Below are positions 49,018-57,849 of a DNA stretch of 64,000 nucleotides, in pieces. Numbering within the stretch: the first letter of the stretch is position 1; the number at the start of each line of letters is the position of its first letter. The position numbers and the translations under genes are program-made. This DNA is from Ignavibacteria bacterium (lineage in GTDB: Bacteria > Bacteroidota > Ignavibacteria > Tepidaquicellales > OLB5), in the NCBI GenBank assembly GCA_030835085.1, contig JAUQWQ010000041.1:1685-65684 (forward strand), given 5' to 3'. Under the pieces are notes generated by a model. It was not told the DNA's origin, made no database searches, and saw nothing but the letters and a program-made list of their open reading frames with translations.

Positions 49018-50655
49018 ATGAATAAATTAATTTCAACATTAATCATTATTCTGGTTTATGTAACACAATCTTTTGCGATCGGTCAGGAATGGGCTTCCAG
49101 GTACAATGGAACCGGAAATTCGCTTGATTGGTCTTATGCAATTGCCATTGATCCAATAGGCAATATTGTAGTAACCGGTTACAGCACTAGCGCAGGTACC
49201 AGCAAGGATTATAAAACAATAAAATATAATACTTCAGGTATAATATTATGGGAATCATTTTTTAACGGTCCCGTAAACGGTGGTGATTATTCCAACGCTC
49301 TTGCGATAGATGCTTCCGGAAATATTTATGTAACCGGCAGGGTAGATTATGGCACAGCCGGTGCAGATATTGTAACGATAAAGTATAATTCATCGGGTGT
49401 TCAGCAATGGATGGCAAGATACAGCGGTGCCGGAAACGGTTTTGATGAAGGAAAAACAATCCATCTTTTAAATGATGGTGGAGTTATCGTCGGCGGTAAA
49501 ACCACCGGGGTAACATCCGGGCTGGATTTTGTCACAATTAAATATAATGCTGATGGTACACTTGGATGGGCATCTGTATATAATGGAACCGGCAACAATG
49601 AAGACTATGTAGTATCTGCAGATATTGATAACAATAATAATGTTTATGTTACCGGCTGCAGTATAGGTGCAGGTTCAGGGGGTGATTTAGTTGTAATAAA
49701 ATATGATAATACAGGCTCTCAGCTATGGCTGAAAAGATATAACGGCGCCGGGAACGGTGGAGATGCTGCAGTTGGTTTGAAAGTTGATGCAGCAAATAAT
49801 ATAATAGTAGGCGGTTCTACTGATATGGGTGCAGGTCAGAAATTCAATTTCATCACTTTGAAGTACAATACAGAAGGTACGTTGATTTGGGAAAAACAGT
49901 ATAACGGAACTTCCAGTGATATGGACCTGGCAACAGCTATGACAGTTGACGGCGCTAACAATATTTATCTTACCGGGCTAACAACGCAGCTTTACGGTAC
50001 AAGGCTTGATTCCAATTACGGTACAATAAAGTATGATCCTGCAGGCAATCAGCAATGGATCAAATTTTATGACGGTCCCAATAATTCAGTAGATGTAGCA
50101 CGGTCGATTTTTGTTGATGATAACTCGAACGTATATATCAGCGGCAGCAGTAAAGGTGCAGGTTCAGATGATTATGCAACTATAAAATATTCACCAACAG
50201 GCACACAGCTTTGGGTAATGTCTTACAATGGGACAGGTAACCTGAATGATTACAGTTCTTCTATAGTAGCCGATAACCTGGGAAATGCTTATGTGACCGG
50301 CAGGAGCTATGGGAGCGGTACTGACTACGATTATGCAACAATTAAATATGGTGACCTGGTCGGAATTGAACCGGTAAATAACGAAGTTCCTGAAAGGTTT
50401 TCTTTGGGACAGAATTATCCAAACCCATTCAATCCGAATACAAGGATCAGGTTTTCCATTCCTGAACAGCAAAGTGTTTACCTGAAGATATTTGATGCTC
50501 TTGGCAGGGAAGTAAGATCTGAAAACCTGGGGAATCTGAACGCGGCATCATATGAATATGATTTTAACGCTTCAGAGTTCACCAGCGGTATATATTTCTA
50601 CCGTATTATAACAGAAAAATTTTCTGATACCAGGAAAATGATTTTAGTAAAATAA
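49018..50655 (+). CDS. SBBP-type beta-propeller repeat protein with a T9SS C-terminal sorting domain
   Basis: Signal peptide. 8 repeats of YNG.GN..D.A.AIAVD..GN.YVTG.S.G.G...D..TIKY...G...W. C-terminus QNYPNPFNPNTRIRFSIP...GIYFYRIITEKFSDTRKMILVK. Confidence 0.88.
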   Translation: MNKLISTLIIILVYVTQSFAIGQEWASRYNGTGNSLDWSYAIAIDPIGNIVVTGYSTSAGTSKDYKTIKYNTSGIILWESFFNGPVNGGDYSNALAIDASGNIYVTGRVDYGTAGADIVTIKYNSSGVQQWMARYSGAGNGFDEGKTIHLLNDGGVIVGGKTTGVTSGLDFVTIKYNADGTLGWASVYNGTGNNEDYVVSADIDNNNNVYVTGCSIGAGSGGDLVVIKYDNTGSQLWLKRYNGAGNGGDAAVGLKVDAANNIIVGGSTDMGAGQKFNFITLKYNTEGTLIWEKQYNGTSSDMDLATAMTVDGANNIYLTGLTTQLYGTRLDSNYGTIKYDPAGNQQWIKFYDGPNNSVDVARSIFVDDNSNVYISGSSKGAGSDDYATIKYSPTGTQLWVMSYNGTGNLNDYSSSIVADNLGNAYVTGRSYGSGTDYDYATIKYGDLVGIEPVNNEVPERFSLGQNYPNPFNPNTRIRFSIPEQQSVYLKIFDALGREVRSENLGNLNAASYEYDFNASEFTSGIYFYRIITEKFSDTRKMILVK

Positions 50656-50675
50656 TTAAATTGATTTCATTATAA

Positions 50676-50704
50676 AGCCGGGCATTTTTTACCCGGCTTT
50701 TTTG
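50676..50704 (+). terminator. Intrinsic terminator
   Basis: gccggg-catttttta-cccggc followed by T6. Confidence 0.75.
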
Positions 50705-50909
50705 TTAGTATATTGAGAAAACTAATAGTTAAAATTAAAAGATATATTGTTATTCAGTTTTTATTTTTATATATTAATTTTGAATATTTACAAAATGAAA
50801 TTTTAGCAAATTTTTAATAATACTTCTAACTACATTACGGTATTGTAACGATACCGTTAAACAAGTAATTTGTATTAATTAAATTCGTAATTTATAAATA
50901 CCTAATTAT

Positions 50910-52559
50910 ATGAAAAAAACCTATTCATTTTTATTTTTCATTATATTTACTTTTCTTTTAATTAATAGCCCGGAAATATTTTCTCAACCGAATACAATTT
51001 GGGCAAAGATTTATAACGGACCTGCAAATCAGCAGGATTCAGCAGTAGGTGTGAGTTTAAATTCAGCAGGGAATGTTTTTGTTACAGGCTGGAGTATCGG
51101 TTCAGGTACAGGAGCAGATATTGTTACCCTTAGGTATAATCCTGATACAGGTGATACTATTTGGGTTAACAGGTTTAACGGAACTCCGAACCTTGAAGAT
51201 AAAGTCAGTGCAATCACTTCGGATAATAATGCAGTATATGTAACAGGCTGGTCATTTTCACCAAGCAGAGATATTATTACAATCAAATATGATGCCGTAA
51301 CAGGTAGCAGGTTATGGGTTAAAACATATAACGGTACCGGTAACGGCGGTGATTATGGTTTTGCAATTGCAGTTGATGCATCAGGAAATGTTTGTGTAAC
51401 TGGCAGAAGCGATGTTGGCGGTTCCCAAAAATTCACAACATTAAAATATGACGCATCAGGAAATATGATTGCAGGATGGCCAAGTATATATACCGGCGGA
51501 CTTTCAACTGTATTTGACCAGGCGCAGGCTATCAAGCTTGATGGGTCGGGCAATGCATATGTAACAGGTAAATCAGGAACTGCAGGTACTGAAAATTTCC
51601 TTACACTTAAAATTAACAGCAACGGAACAGTATCCTGGGCAAAAGTACATAACGGCCCTGTCAACGCTGAAGATAATGCACTAGCATTGGTTCTGGATAA
51701 TTCAGCAGCTAATGTTTATGTCGGTGGATACAGTTTCAGAACCGGTGCTGTTCAGGACTATTTTACCATTAAATATAATACTTCTACCGGTGACAGCGTA
51801 GCAGCTGTTGCATACAACGGCCCGCCGAGCAGTACGGACCAAATGACTGCGATGACTATTGATAACAGCAATAATGTATATGTAACCGGATTCAGTTCCG
51901 CTGTTGGTACAGGTTTTGATTATGCAACTATTAAATATAATTCAAGTTTAGTTCAGCAATGGGTACAAAGAACTACAAATGCCGGCAGTGACTTCCCGTA
52001 TTTTATCACTGTTGATAATGTTTCCGGCTATGTTTTTGTAACCGGTTCAAGCGTTGGTTCCGGCACAGGTTATGATTATTTAACAATTTCTTATAGTTCT
52101 AACGGTATATTGAACTGGGAAAAAAGAGAGAACAGTTCAACCAGCGGGAATGATTATGCTTCAGGTATTGCTGTTCAGGATACTGACAGGATTTTTGTAA
52201 CAGGCTCAGCTAATTTCTCCGGTACGGGAATTGCTTTTTACACTTTACGATATTCCAAAATCTCAGCAATTGATCCTATTTCTACAAACATTCCGGCTAA
52301 ATTCAGCCTAAATCAAAATTATCCGAATCCGTTTAATCCTGTTACATCTATCAGATTTGATGTTCCTAAATCAACTTTTGTTAAGATTACTATCTTTGAT
52401 GTGTTGGGAAGAGAAATTGAAAATCTGGTTAATGAACGGCTAAAAGCAGGGGAATATATGGTCAAATGGGATGCGGCGAGATTTTCAAGCGGTATTTATT
52501 TCTACAGCATCGCAACCGATGGATACCAGACAACTAAGAAAATGATACTCACAAAATAG
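50910..52559 (+). CDS. SBBP-type beta-propeller repeat protein with a T9SS C-terminal sorting domain (divergent tandem paralogue)
   Basis: Same repeat architecture (8 x ..YVTG.S....D..T(I/L)KY..). C-terminus QNYPNPFNPVTSIRFDVP...GIYFYSIATDGYQTTKKMILTK. Confidence 0.88.
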   Translation: MKKTYSFLFFIIFTFLLINSPEIFSQPNTIWAKIYNGPANQQDSAVGVSLNSAGNVFVTGWSIGSGTGADIVTLRYNPDTGDTIWVNRFNGTPNLEDKVSAITSDNNAVYVTGWSFSPSRDIITIKYDAVTGSRLWVKTYNGTGNGGDYGFAIAVDASGNVCVTGRSDVGGSQKFTTLKYDASGNMIAGWPSIYTGGLSTVFDQAQAIKLDGSGNAYVTGKSGTAGTENFLTLKINSNGTVSWAKVHNGPVNAEDNALALVLDNSAANVYVGGYSFRTGAVQDYFTIKYNTSTGDSVAAVAYNGPPSSTDQMTAMTIDNSNNVYVTGFSSAVGTGFDYATIKYNSSLVQQWVQRTTNAGSDFPYFITVDNVSGYVFVTGSSVGSGTGYDYLTISYSSNGILNWEKRENSSTSGNDYASGIAVQDTDRIFVTGSANFSGTGIAFYTLRYSKISAIDPISTNIPAKFSLNQNYPNPFNPVTSIRFDVPKSTFVKITIFDVLGREIENLVNERLKAGEYMVKWDAARFSSGIYFYSIATDGYQTTKKMILTK

Positions 52560-52585
52560 TATAACAGTTTATAATTTTTTACTAA

Positions 52586-52618
52586 AACCACCTCTGTTAT
52601 GCAGAGGTGGTTTTTTTT
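52586..52618 (+). terminator. Intrinsic terminator
   Basis: aaccacctctg-ttatg-cagaggtggtt with T8. Confidence 0.85.
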
Positions 52619-52682
52619 ATCCGGTTTCAGAACATATGTTTCGGGGTTATTTTTATGTATAATACTTATCCTATTTTTTTCG

Positions 52683-52690
52683 TAAATTTG
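52683..52690 (+). promoter_or_regulatory. Candidate -7 element TAaaTTTG upstream of ogt
   Basis: Exact TAnnTTTG match 21 nt upstream of the ATG at 52711. Confidence 0.3.
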
Positions 52691-52710
52691 TTAGTTTTAT
52701 CACAAAAAAT

Positions 52711-53211
52711 ATGATTTTTTACTCAAAATTCTACGTTAGTCAGCTTAAACGCTCATTTTTTATTGCAAAAAATGAAAATGGCGTATGTTATATCGATCTG
52801 AATGATAACGAAAAGAGATTTTTGACCAGGCTGAGTGATTACATTCAGGATAAGGCGGTCAAAAAGCCTGCTGAGCTGAGTTATGAAGTTTCGCAGATAA
52901 AGGACTACTTTTCGGGCAGACGTGCGAATTTTGATATGAAGATCTATTTAAAAGGTACCGGTTTCCAAACATCAGTATGGCAGGCACTTGCAGATACTGA
53001 ATACGGCGAGACGGTATCTTACTCAGAGCTTGCAAAAAGAGCAGGAAACAAAAAAGCTTTTCGCGCGGCTGCGACATGCTGTGCAGCTAACCCCGTTCCT
53101 ATAATCATACCATGCCACAGGGTAATTGCCAAGGATGGCTCAATTGGGGGATTTGGAGGAGGAATTGAAATGAAAAGATACATGCTTCAAATGGAAAGAA
53201 AGAACGGTTAA
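52711..53211 (+). CDS. ogt: Methylated-DNA--protein-cysteine methyltransferase
   Basis: Active-site IIPCHRVI, TYSELA-like VSYSELAKRAG, and FQTSVWQAL. Confidence 0.92.
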   Translation: MIFYSKFYVSQLKRSFFIAKNENGVCYIDLNDNEKRFLTRLSDYIQDKAVKKPAELSYEVSQIKDYFSGRRANFDMKIYLKGTGFQTSVWQALADTEYGETVSYSELAKRAGNKKAFRAAATCCAANPVPIIIPCHRVIAKDGSIGGFGGGIEMKRYMLQMERKNG

Positions 53212-53829
53212 TTGATACGAAATATAGTTCTTGATCTTGGTAACGTGCTTGTGAATGTTGAGTATGAGAGATTCATTGGTAAGATCACATCAAGAGGCGT
53301 CAGCAAAGAAGCATATATGAATTTCTTTCAGGGCGGAAACTACCGCCTGCTTGGTTATGAATCAGGTGATATCACAACAGATGAATTCATTACCAAATGC
53401 CTCACCGGGCTTAACCTGAAAATGGAACCTGACGAATATGCAAATGCGTTCAATGATATGTTCAGCGAAATTGAGGCAATGAGTTCTTTTGTGCGAAAAA
53501 TGAAAAAGGAAGATAACTACAGGTTATTTCTGTTATCTAACACAAGTCCGCTGCATTTTGAATATATAAAACAGAATTACGATTATATTATTCTTCTTGA
53601 AAAGTATGCTTTATCGTATGAATTGAGATCATTGAAGCCGGAACCTGCAATTTATGAAAGCGCTTTAAAGCATCTTGGTATTGTACCGGAAGAATCGATA
53701 TTTATTGATGACCTTCAGGCAAATTGTGATGCCGCCGGTAAATTCGGGATAAAAACAATTTGTTACGATAAAAATGATCATAACAAGTTTGAAAAAGAGT
53801 TTGAAAAACTGACAGCTGTTAGTTTGTAG
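53212..53829 (+). CDS. HAD-IA family hydrolase (YihX-like)
   Basis: Motif I VLDLGNVLV, SNTS (motif II) and FIDD (motif IV). TTG start directly after the ogt stop. Confidence 0.75.
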   Translation: MIRNIVLDLGNVLVNVEYERFIGKITSRGVSKEAYMNFFQGGNYRLLGYESGDITTDEFITKCLTGLNLKMEPDEYANAFNDMFSEIEAMSSFVRKMKKEDNYRLFLLSNTSPLHFEYIKQNYDYIILLEKYALSYELRSLKPEPAIYESALKHLGIVPEESIFIDDLQANCDAAGKFGIKTICYDKNDHNKFEKEFEKLTAVSL

Positions 53830-53920
53830 TTGACAGTTGATAGTGTATAGTAAAGAATTTTATAATGAAATATATATGATAATTGCTCATTGTTAATTGA
53901 TAATTGTAAATTGAAATAAA

Positions 53921-54475
53921 ATGCCAGTATCACCGCAAGAATTACATATCGGCTCAAAAGCACATGCATTCTCTCTTCCCGGAACAGACGGCAATGTTTA
54001 TTCATTGCGGGATTTTGATGATAAAGATGTTCTTTGCATAATTTTCAGCTGTAATCACTGTCCATATGTTAAAGCAGTTGAAGAGAGAATAAATAATATT
54101 GCGAAAAAATATTCTGACTCTTCATTCGTCTTATTATGTATTAATTCCAATGATGAAACGGTCTACCCGGAGGATTCATTTGAAGAAATGAAAAATCGTG
54201 CTGACGAAAAAGGTTTCATTTTCCCGTATTTGAGAGATGAATCGCAAAATACAGCAATGGCATATGATGCGGTTTGCACTCCCGATATTTACCTGTATGA
54301 TAAGGATAGAGTATTGAAATACAGGGGCAGAATTGATGATAACTGGAAAGATGAATCCGCGGTGAAAAGCAAAGACCTTGAGCGCGCCATTGATCTGTTA
54401 CTTGCCGGCAAAGATATTGATTTTGAGATGGTTCCTTCGATGGGCTGCAGTATTAAGTGGCGTACAAATCCCTGA
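53921..54475 (+). CDS. Thioredoxin-fold protein (redoxin/AhpC-TSA-like), CxxC = CNHC
   Basis: FSLPGTDGNVYSLRDF...IIFSCNHCPYV arrangement typical of thiol-disulfide oxidoreductases. Confidence 0.75.
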   Translation: MPVSPQELHIGSKAHAFSLPGTDGNVYSLRDFDDKDVLCIIFSCNHCPYVKAVEERINNIAKKYSDSSFVLLCINSNDETVYPEDSFEEMKNRADEKGFIFPYLRDESQNTAMAYDAVCTPDIYLYDKDRVLKYRGRIDDNWKDESAVKSKDLERAIDLLLAGKDIDFEMVPSMGCSIKWRTNP

Positions 54476-54530
54476 ACGAAGTGAAGGGTCTTAATCCCGT
54501 GTAACGGGGGAAAGAAATATAAAATTATAC

Positions 54531-54554
54531 ATTCCCAAACTGGAGTTTGGGAAT
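54531..54554. repeat. Perfect 24-nt palindrome ATTCCCAAACTGGAGTTTGGGAAT
   Basis: Read directly. 11-bp arms around a central GG. Confidence 0.95.
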
Positions 54555-54598
54555 GAGAGTATAGAGTTTGAAACAGAGTATAAAATTCATAACACCTG

Positions 54599-54622
54599 CT
54601 TCCCAAACTCCAGTTTGGGAAG
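54599..54622. repeat. Perfect 24-nt palindrome CTTCCCAAACTCCAGTTTGGGAAG (reverse complement of the core at 54532-54553)
   Basis: Read directly. It ends 20 nt before the secA ATG, and the SD aagga follows it. Confidence 0.95.
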
Positions 54623-54641
54623 CGATGAAGGATAAAAACAT

Positions 54642-57600
54642 ATGTTCAATTTTTTAAAGAAAATTTTCCCGTCTAAGCACGAAAAAGACGTAAAAGAACT
54701 TCTGCCGATTGTCGAAGAAATAAATGAACACTATAAAGAGCTTGCTTCTTTGAGTGATGATGAATTAAGAGGTAAAACCGCAGAGTTCAAAGAACTAATC
54801 CGCAAGAACACTCAGGAACATGAAGATAAGATAGTTGAGCTGCGCTCAAAGCTTACCAATGATATTTCCCATGATGAAAGAAAAGAGATATACGATGAGC
54901 TTGAAAAGACAGAGAATGAACGTGATGATATAATTGAAGATACATTGAACGAAATACTTCCGCAGGCTTTTGCTGTGGTTAAAGATACATGCCGCAGGCT
55001 TTGCGGCAAGGAGTGGCTGGCAGCGGGTCAAAGAGTGCAGTGGGATATGATTCCGTTTGATGTACAGCTCATTGGCGGTATGGTACTGCACCAGGGCAAG
55101 ATTGCTGAGATGGCCACCGGTGAAGGTAAAACACTTGTGGGTACACTGCCGCAGTATCTTAATGCTCTTCCCGGAAAAGGTGTTCACATTATCACCGTTA
55201 ACGATTACCTCGCAAAACGTGATAGTGAATGGATGGGTGAAATATTCAAGTTTCATAATCTTTCAGTTGGTGTGATACTGAATGATATGGATAACGATAA
55301 ACGCCGCGATGCATATGCATGTGATATAGTTTACGGTACAAATAATGAGTTTGGCTTTGATTATCTGCGCGATAATATGGTTGTTGATAAAAAATTCATG
55401 GTTCAGCGCGGTCATAACTTTGCCATAGTGGATGAAGTTGACTCAGTACTGATAGATGAAGCAAGAACCCCGCTTATTATCTCAGGTGCGGTGGAAATGA
55501 GTGAGCATAAGTTCGATGAAATGAATCCGCGCGTGAAGCGCATTGTGGATGCGCAAAAAAGTTTAATAGCTAAATTTGTAGGTGAAGCAGAAACGATTAT
55601 AAATAAAGGCTCTGCCGCTTCTAAGGAAGAGATACACGAAGCAGGTGTTGCTCTTTTAAGAGCCAACCGCGGCTTCCCGAAAAATAAAAAACTGCTGAAA
55701 TTATTTTCAGAGCCTTCAAACAAGACTTTGATGCAGCAGACAGAAATTGAGTTTTTACGTGATAACGCCAAGCGCATGCCTGAAATTGATGACGTGATGT
55801 ATTTTGCTATCGATGAAAAAGCGCATTCTATTGACCTGACAGAAAAAGGGCGTGAGTTCCTTACATCGGGCAATGAGGATAAGGACTTCTTTGTGCTGCC
55901 GGATATGGGTACAGAAATTGCTCATCTTGAAAATGATGATACAATGAGCGAAGCTGAAAAGATCGCTAAAAAAGACGCTTTGGGAGAATTATATTCATTG
56001 AGAAGCGACAGAATTCACACTGTACAGCAGCTGCTTAGGGCTTATTCACTTTACGAAAATGATGTTGAGTATGTTATACAGGATAACAAGATCATGATCG
56101 TGGATGAGTTCACAGGCCGCGTGCTGCCGGGAAGAAGATACTCCGAAGGACTTCACCAGGCTATTGAAGCTAAAGAAGGTGTGCATGTTGAAAAGGATAC
56201 ACAGACGCTTGCAACTATAACGCTGCAGAATTACTTCAGGCTTTACAAAAAGCTTGCTGGTATGACAGGTACTGCTGAAACAGAAGCAGGTGAGTTTCTT
56301 GATATATATAAGCTTGATGTTGTCGTAATTCCAACCAACCGTGATTGCGTTCGTGATGATATGAATGATGTTGTTTACAAAACAAAACGTGAAAAGTATA
56401 ATGCTGTCATTGCTGAAATTGAGACAATGAAGAAAATTGGCAGGCCCGTACTTGTTGGTACAACTTCTGTCGAAGTATCAGAAACACTTAGCCGAATGCT
56501 GAAACGCAAGCAGGTTGCTCACGAGGTACTCAACGCAAAGCAGCATCAGCGTGAAGCATCCATTGTTCAGAATGCGGGATTAAAAAGTGCTGTTACAATT
56601 GCAACAAACATGGCAGGCCGCGGTACGGATATTAAACTCGGACCGGGGGTAGCTGACCTGGGCGGGTTGCATATTATAGGTACAGAGCGCCACGAAGCAC
56701 GGCGTATCGATAGACAGCTTCGCGGTCGTGCAGGCAGGCAGGGTGACCCCGGTTCATCCAAATTTTTCCTCTCACTCGAGGATGACCTGATGAGGCTGTT
56801 TGGCAGTGAAAGGATTTCACGGGTAATGGAAAAGCTTGGAATTGAAGAAGGAGAAGCTATTGAGCACTCCATGATAACAAGCTCTGTTGAGCGCGCGCAG
56901 AAAAAAGTTGAAGAAAATAACTTCGGTATTCGTAAAAGACTTCTTGAGTATGATAACGTAATGAATCAGCAGCGCGAAGTTATTTACGACAGGCGGCGCC
57001 AGGCATTAATGGGTGAGCGTATCAAAGATGAAATTTTTGATATGGCAGGCTCATACGTTGAAAATACGGTTAAGAAGTATTACCATGAAGGCGACTACGA
57101 AGGATTAAGGGATGAGATCCAAAGGACATTCACAGTATTAATGGATATTACGCCTGATGAATTCCAGAAGCTGGGTGAAAAAGGACTCGAAGAATATATA
57201 ATGAAGATAGTTCACGAGAACTATTCACGTAAAGAAGAAAAATACGGCGTTGACTTGATTGCTCAAATTGAGCGTTTCGCGATGCTGACAGTTATAGATG
57301 ATAAGTGGAAAGAACACCTGCGTGAAATGGATGATCTCAAAGAAGGTATCAATTTCCGCGCATATGGTCAGAAAGATCCGCTGATTGAATACAAGAAGGA
57401 CGGCTTTGGTCTATTCGTGCAGATGCTTGAAGATATCAGCAAGGATGTAATCAACTTTGTATTCAAGTTCACAACACAGGAACAGAAAGTCGAAGCACCA
57501 GTGCAGAGACAGCGTTTGCCGCAAAGAATGACAACCATAAAGCAAAGCGCTGATGGTGTCGGTATGAAAATGACGCCGGAGCAGTCAGATAATATGCAGG

Positions 57601-57719
57601 GTCAGCCTAATGATACGAAGAAGATCCCTATTAAGGTCGGACCCAAGGTCGGCAGAAATGATCCTTGTCCATGCGGCAGCGGCAAGAAATTTAAAAATTG
57701 CCACGGTAAAGAAGCATAA
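54642..57719 (+). CDS. secA: Preprotein translocase ATPase SecA
   Basis: 1025 aa. MATGEGKTL Walker A, VDEVDSVLIDEARTPLIISG, TNMAGRGTDIKLG and the C-terminal zinc motif CPCGSGKKFKNCHG. Confidence 0.97.
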   Translation: MFNFLKKIFPSKHEKDVKELLPIVEEINEHYKELASLSDDELRGKTAEFKELIRKNTQEHEDKIVELRSKLTNDISHDERKEIYDELEKTENERDDIIEDTLNEILPQAFAVVKDTCRRLCGKEWLAAGQRVQWDMIPFDVQLIGGMVLHQGKIAEMATGEGKTLVGTLPQYLNALPGKGVHIITVNDYLAKRDSEWMGEIFKFHNLSVGVILNDMDNDKRRDAYACDIVYGTNNEFGFDYLRDNMVVDKKFMVQRGHNFAIVDEVDSVLIDEARTPLIISGAVEMSEHKFDEMNPRVKRIVDAQKSLIAKFVGEAETIINKGSAASKEEIHEAGVALLRANRGFPKNKKLLKLFSEPSNKTLMQQTEIEFLRDNAKRMPEIDDVMYFAIDEKAHSIDLTEKGREFLTSGNEDKDFFVLPDMGTEIAHLENDDTMSEAEKIAKKDALGELYSLRSDRIHTVQQLLRAYSLYENDVEYVIQDNKIMIVDEFTGRVLPGRRYSEGLHQAIEAKEGVHVEKDTQTLATITLQNYFRLYKKLAGMTGTAETEAGEFLDIYKLDVVVIPTNRDCVRDDMNDVVYKTKREKYNAVIAEIETMKKIGRPVLVGTTSVEVSETLSRMLKRKQVAHEVLNAKQHQREASIVQNAGLKSAVTIATNMAGRGTDIKLGPGVADLGGLHIIGTERHEARRIDRQLRGRAGRQGDPGSSKFFLSLEDDLMRLFGSERISRVMEKLGIEEGEAIEHSMITSSVERAQKKVEENNFGIRKRLLEYDNVMNQQREVIYDRRRQALMGERIKDEIFDMAGSYVENTVKKYYHEGDYEGLRDEIQRTFTVLMDITPDEFQKLGEKGLEEYIMKIVHENYSRKEEKYGVDLIAQIERFAMLTVIDDKWKEHLREMDDLKEGINFRAYGQKDPLIEYKKDGFGLFVQMLEDISKDVINFVFKFTTQEQKVEAPVQRQRLPQRMTTIKQSADGVGMKMTPEQSDNMQGQPNDTKKIPIKVGPKVGRNDPCPCGSGKKFKNCHGKEA

Positions 57720-57746
57720 GTTCAATTTATTATTTTGTTTTTCTTA

Positions 57747-57772
57747 AGGCGTTCAAATTGAACGCCTTTTTT
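57747..57772 (+). terminator. Intrinsic terminator
   Basis: aggcgttcaa-at-ttgaacgcct followed by T6. Confidence 0.8.
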
Positions 57773-57849
57773 ATTCGCAGTGAAAGGATCAAAATATTAT
57801 AAGCCCTATTTGCATTTATTCTTTTCTTACTTACAGTTAAATTCCTTTT

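Noticed and set aside
53893-53915. TAATTG(N) heptad-like repeats (ttaattgataattgtaaattga) upstream of the thioredoxin-fold gene
   Set aside because: They are short, AT-rich and imperfect. They cannot be distinguished from compositional noise in an AT-rich promoter region.
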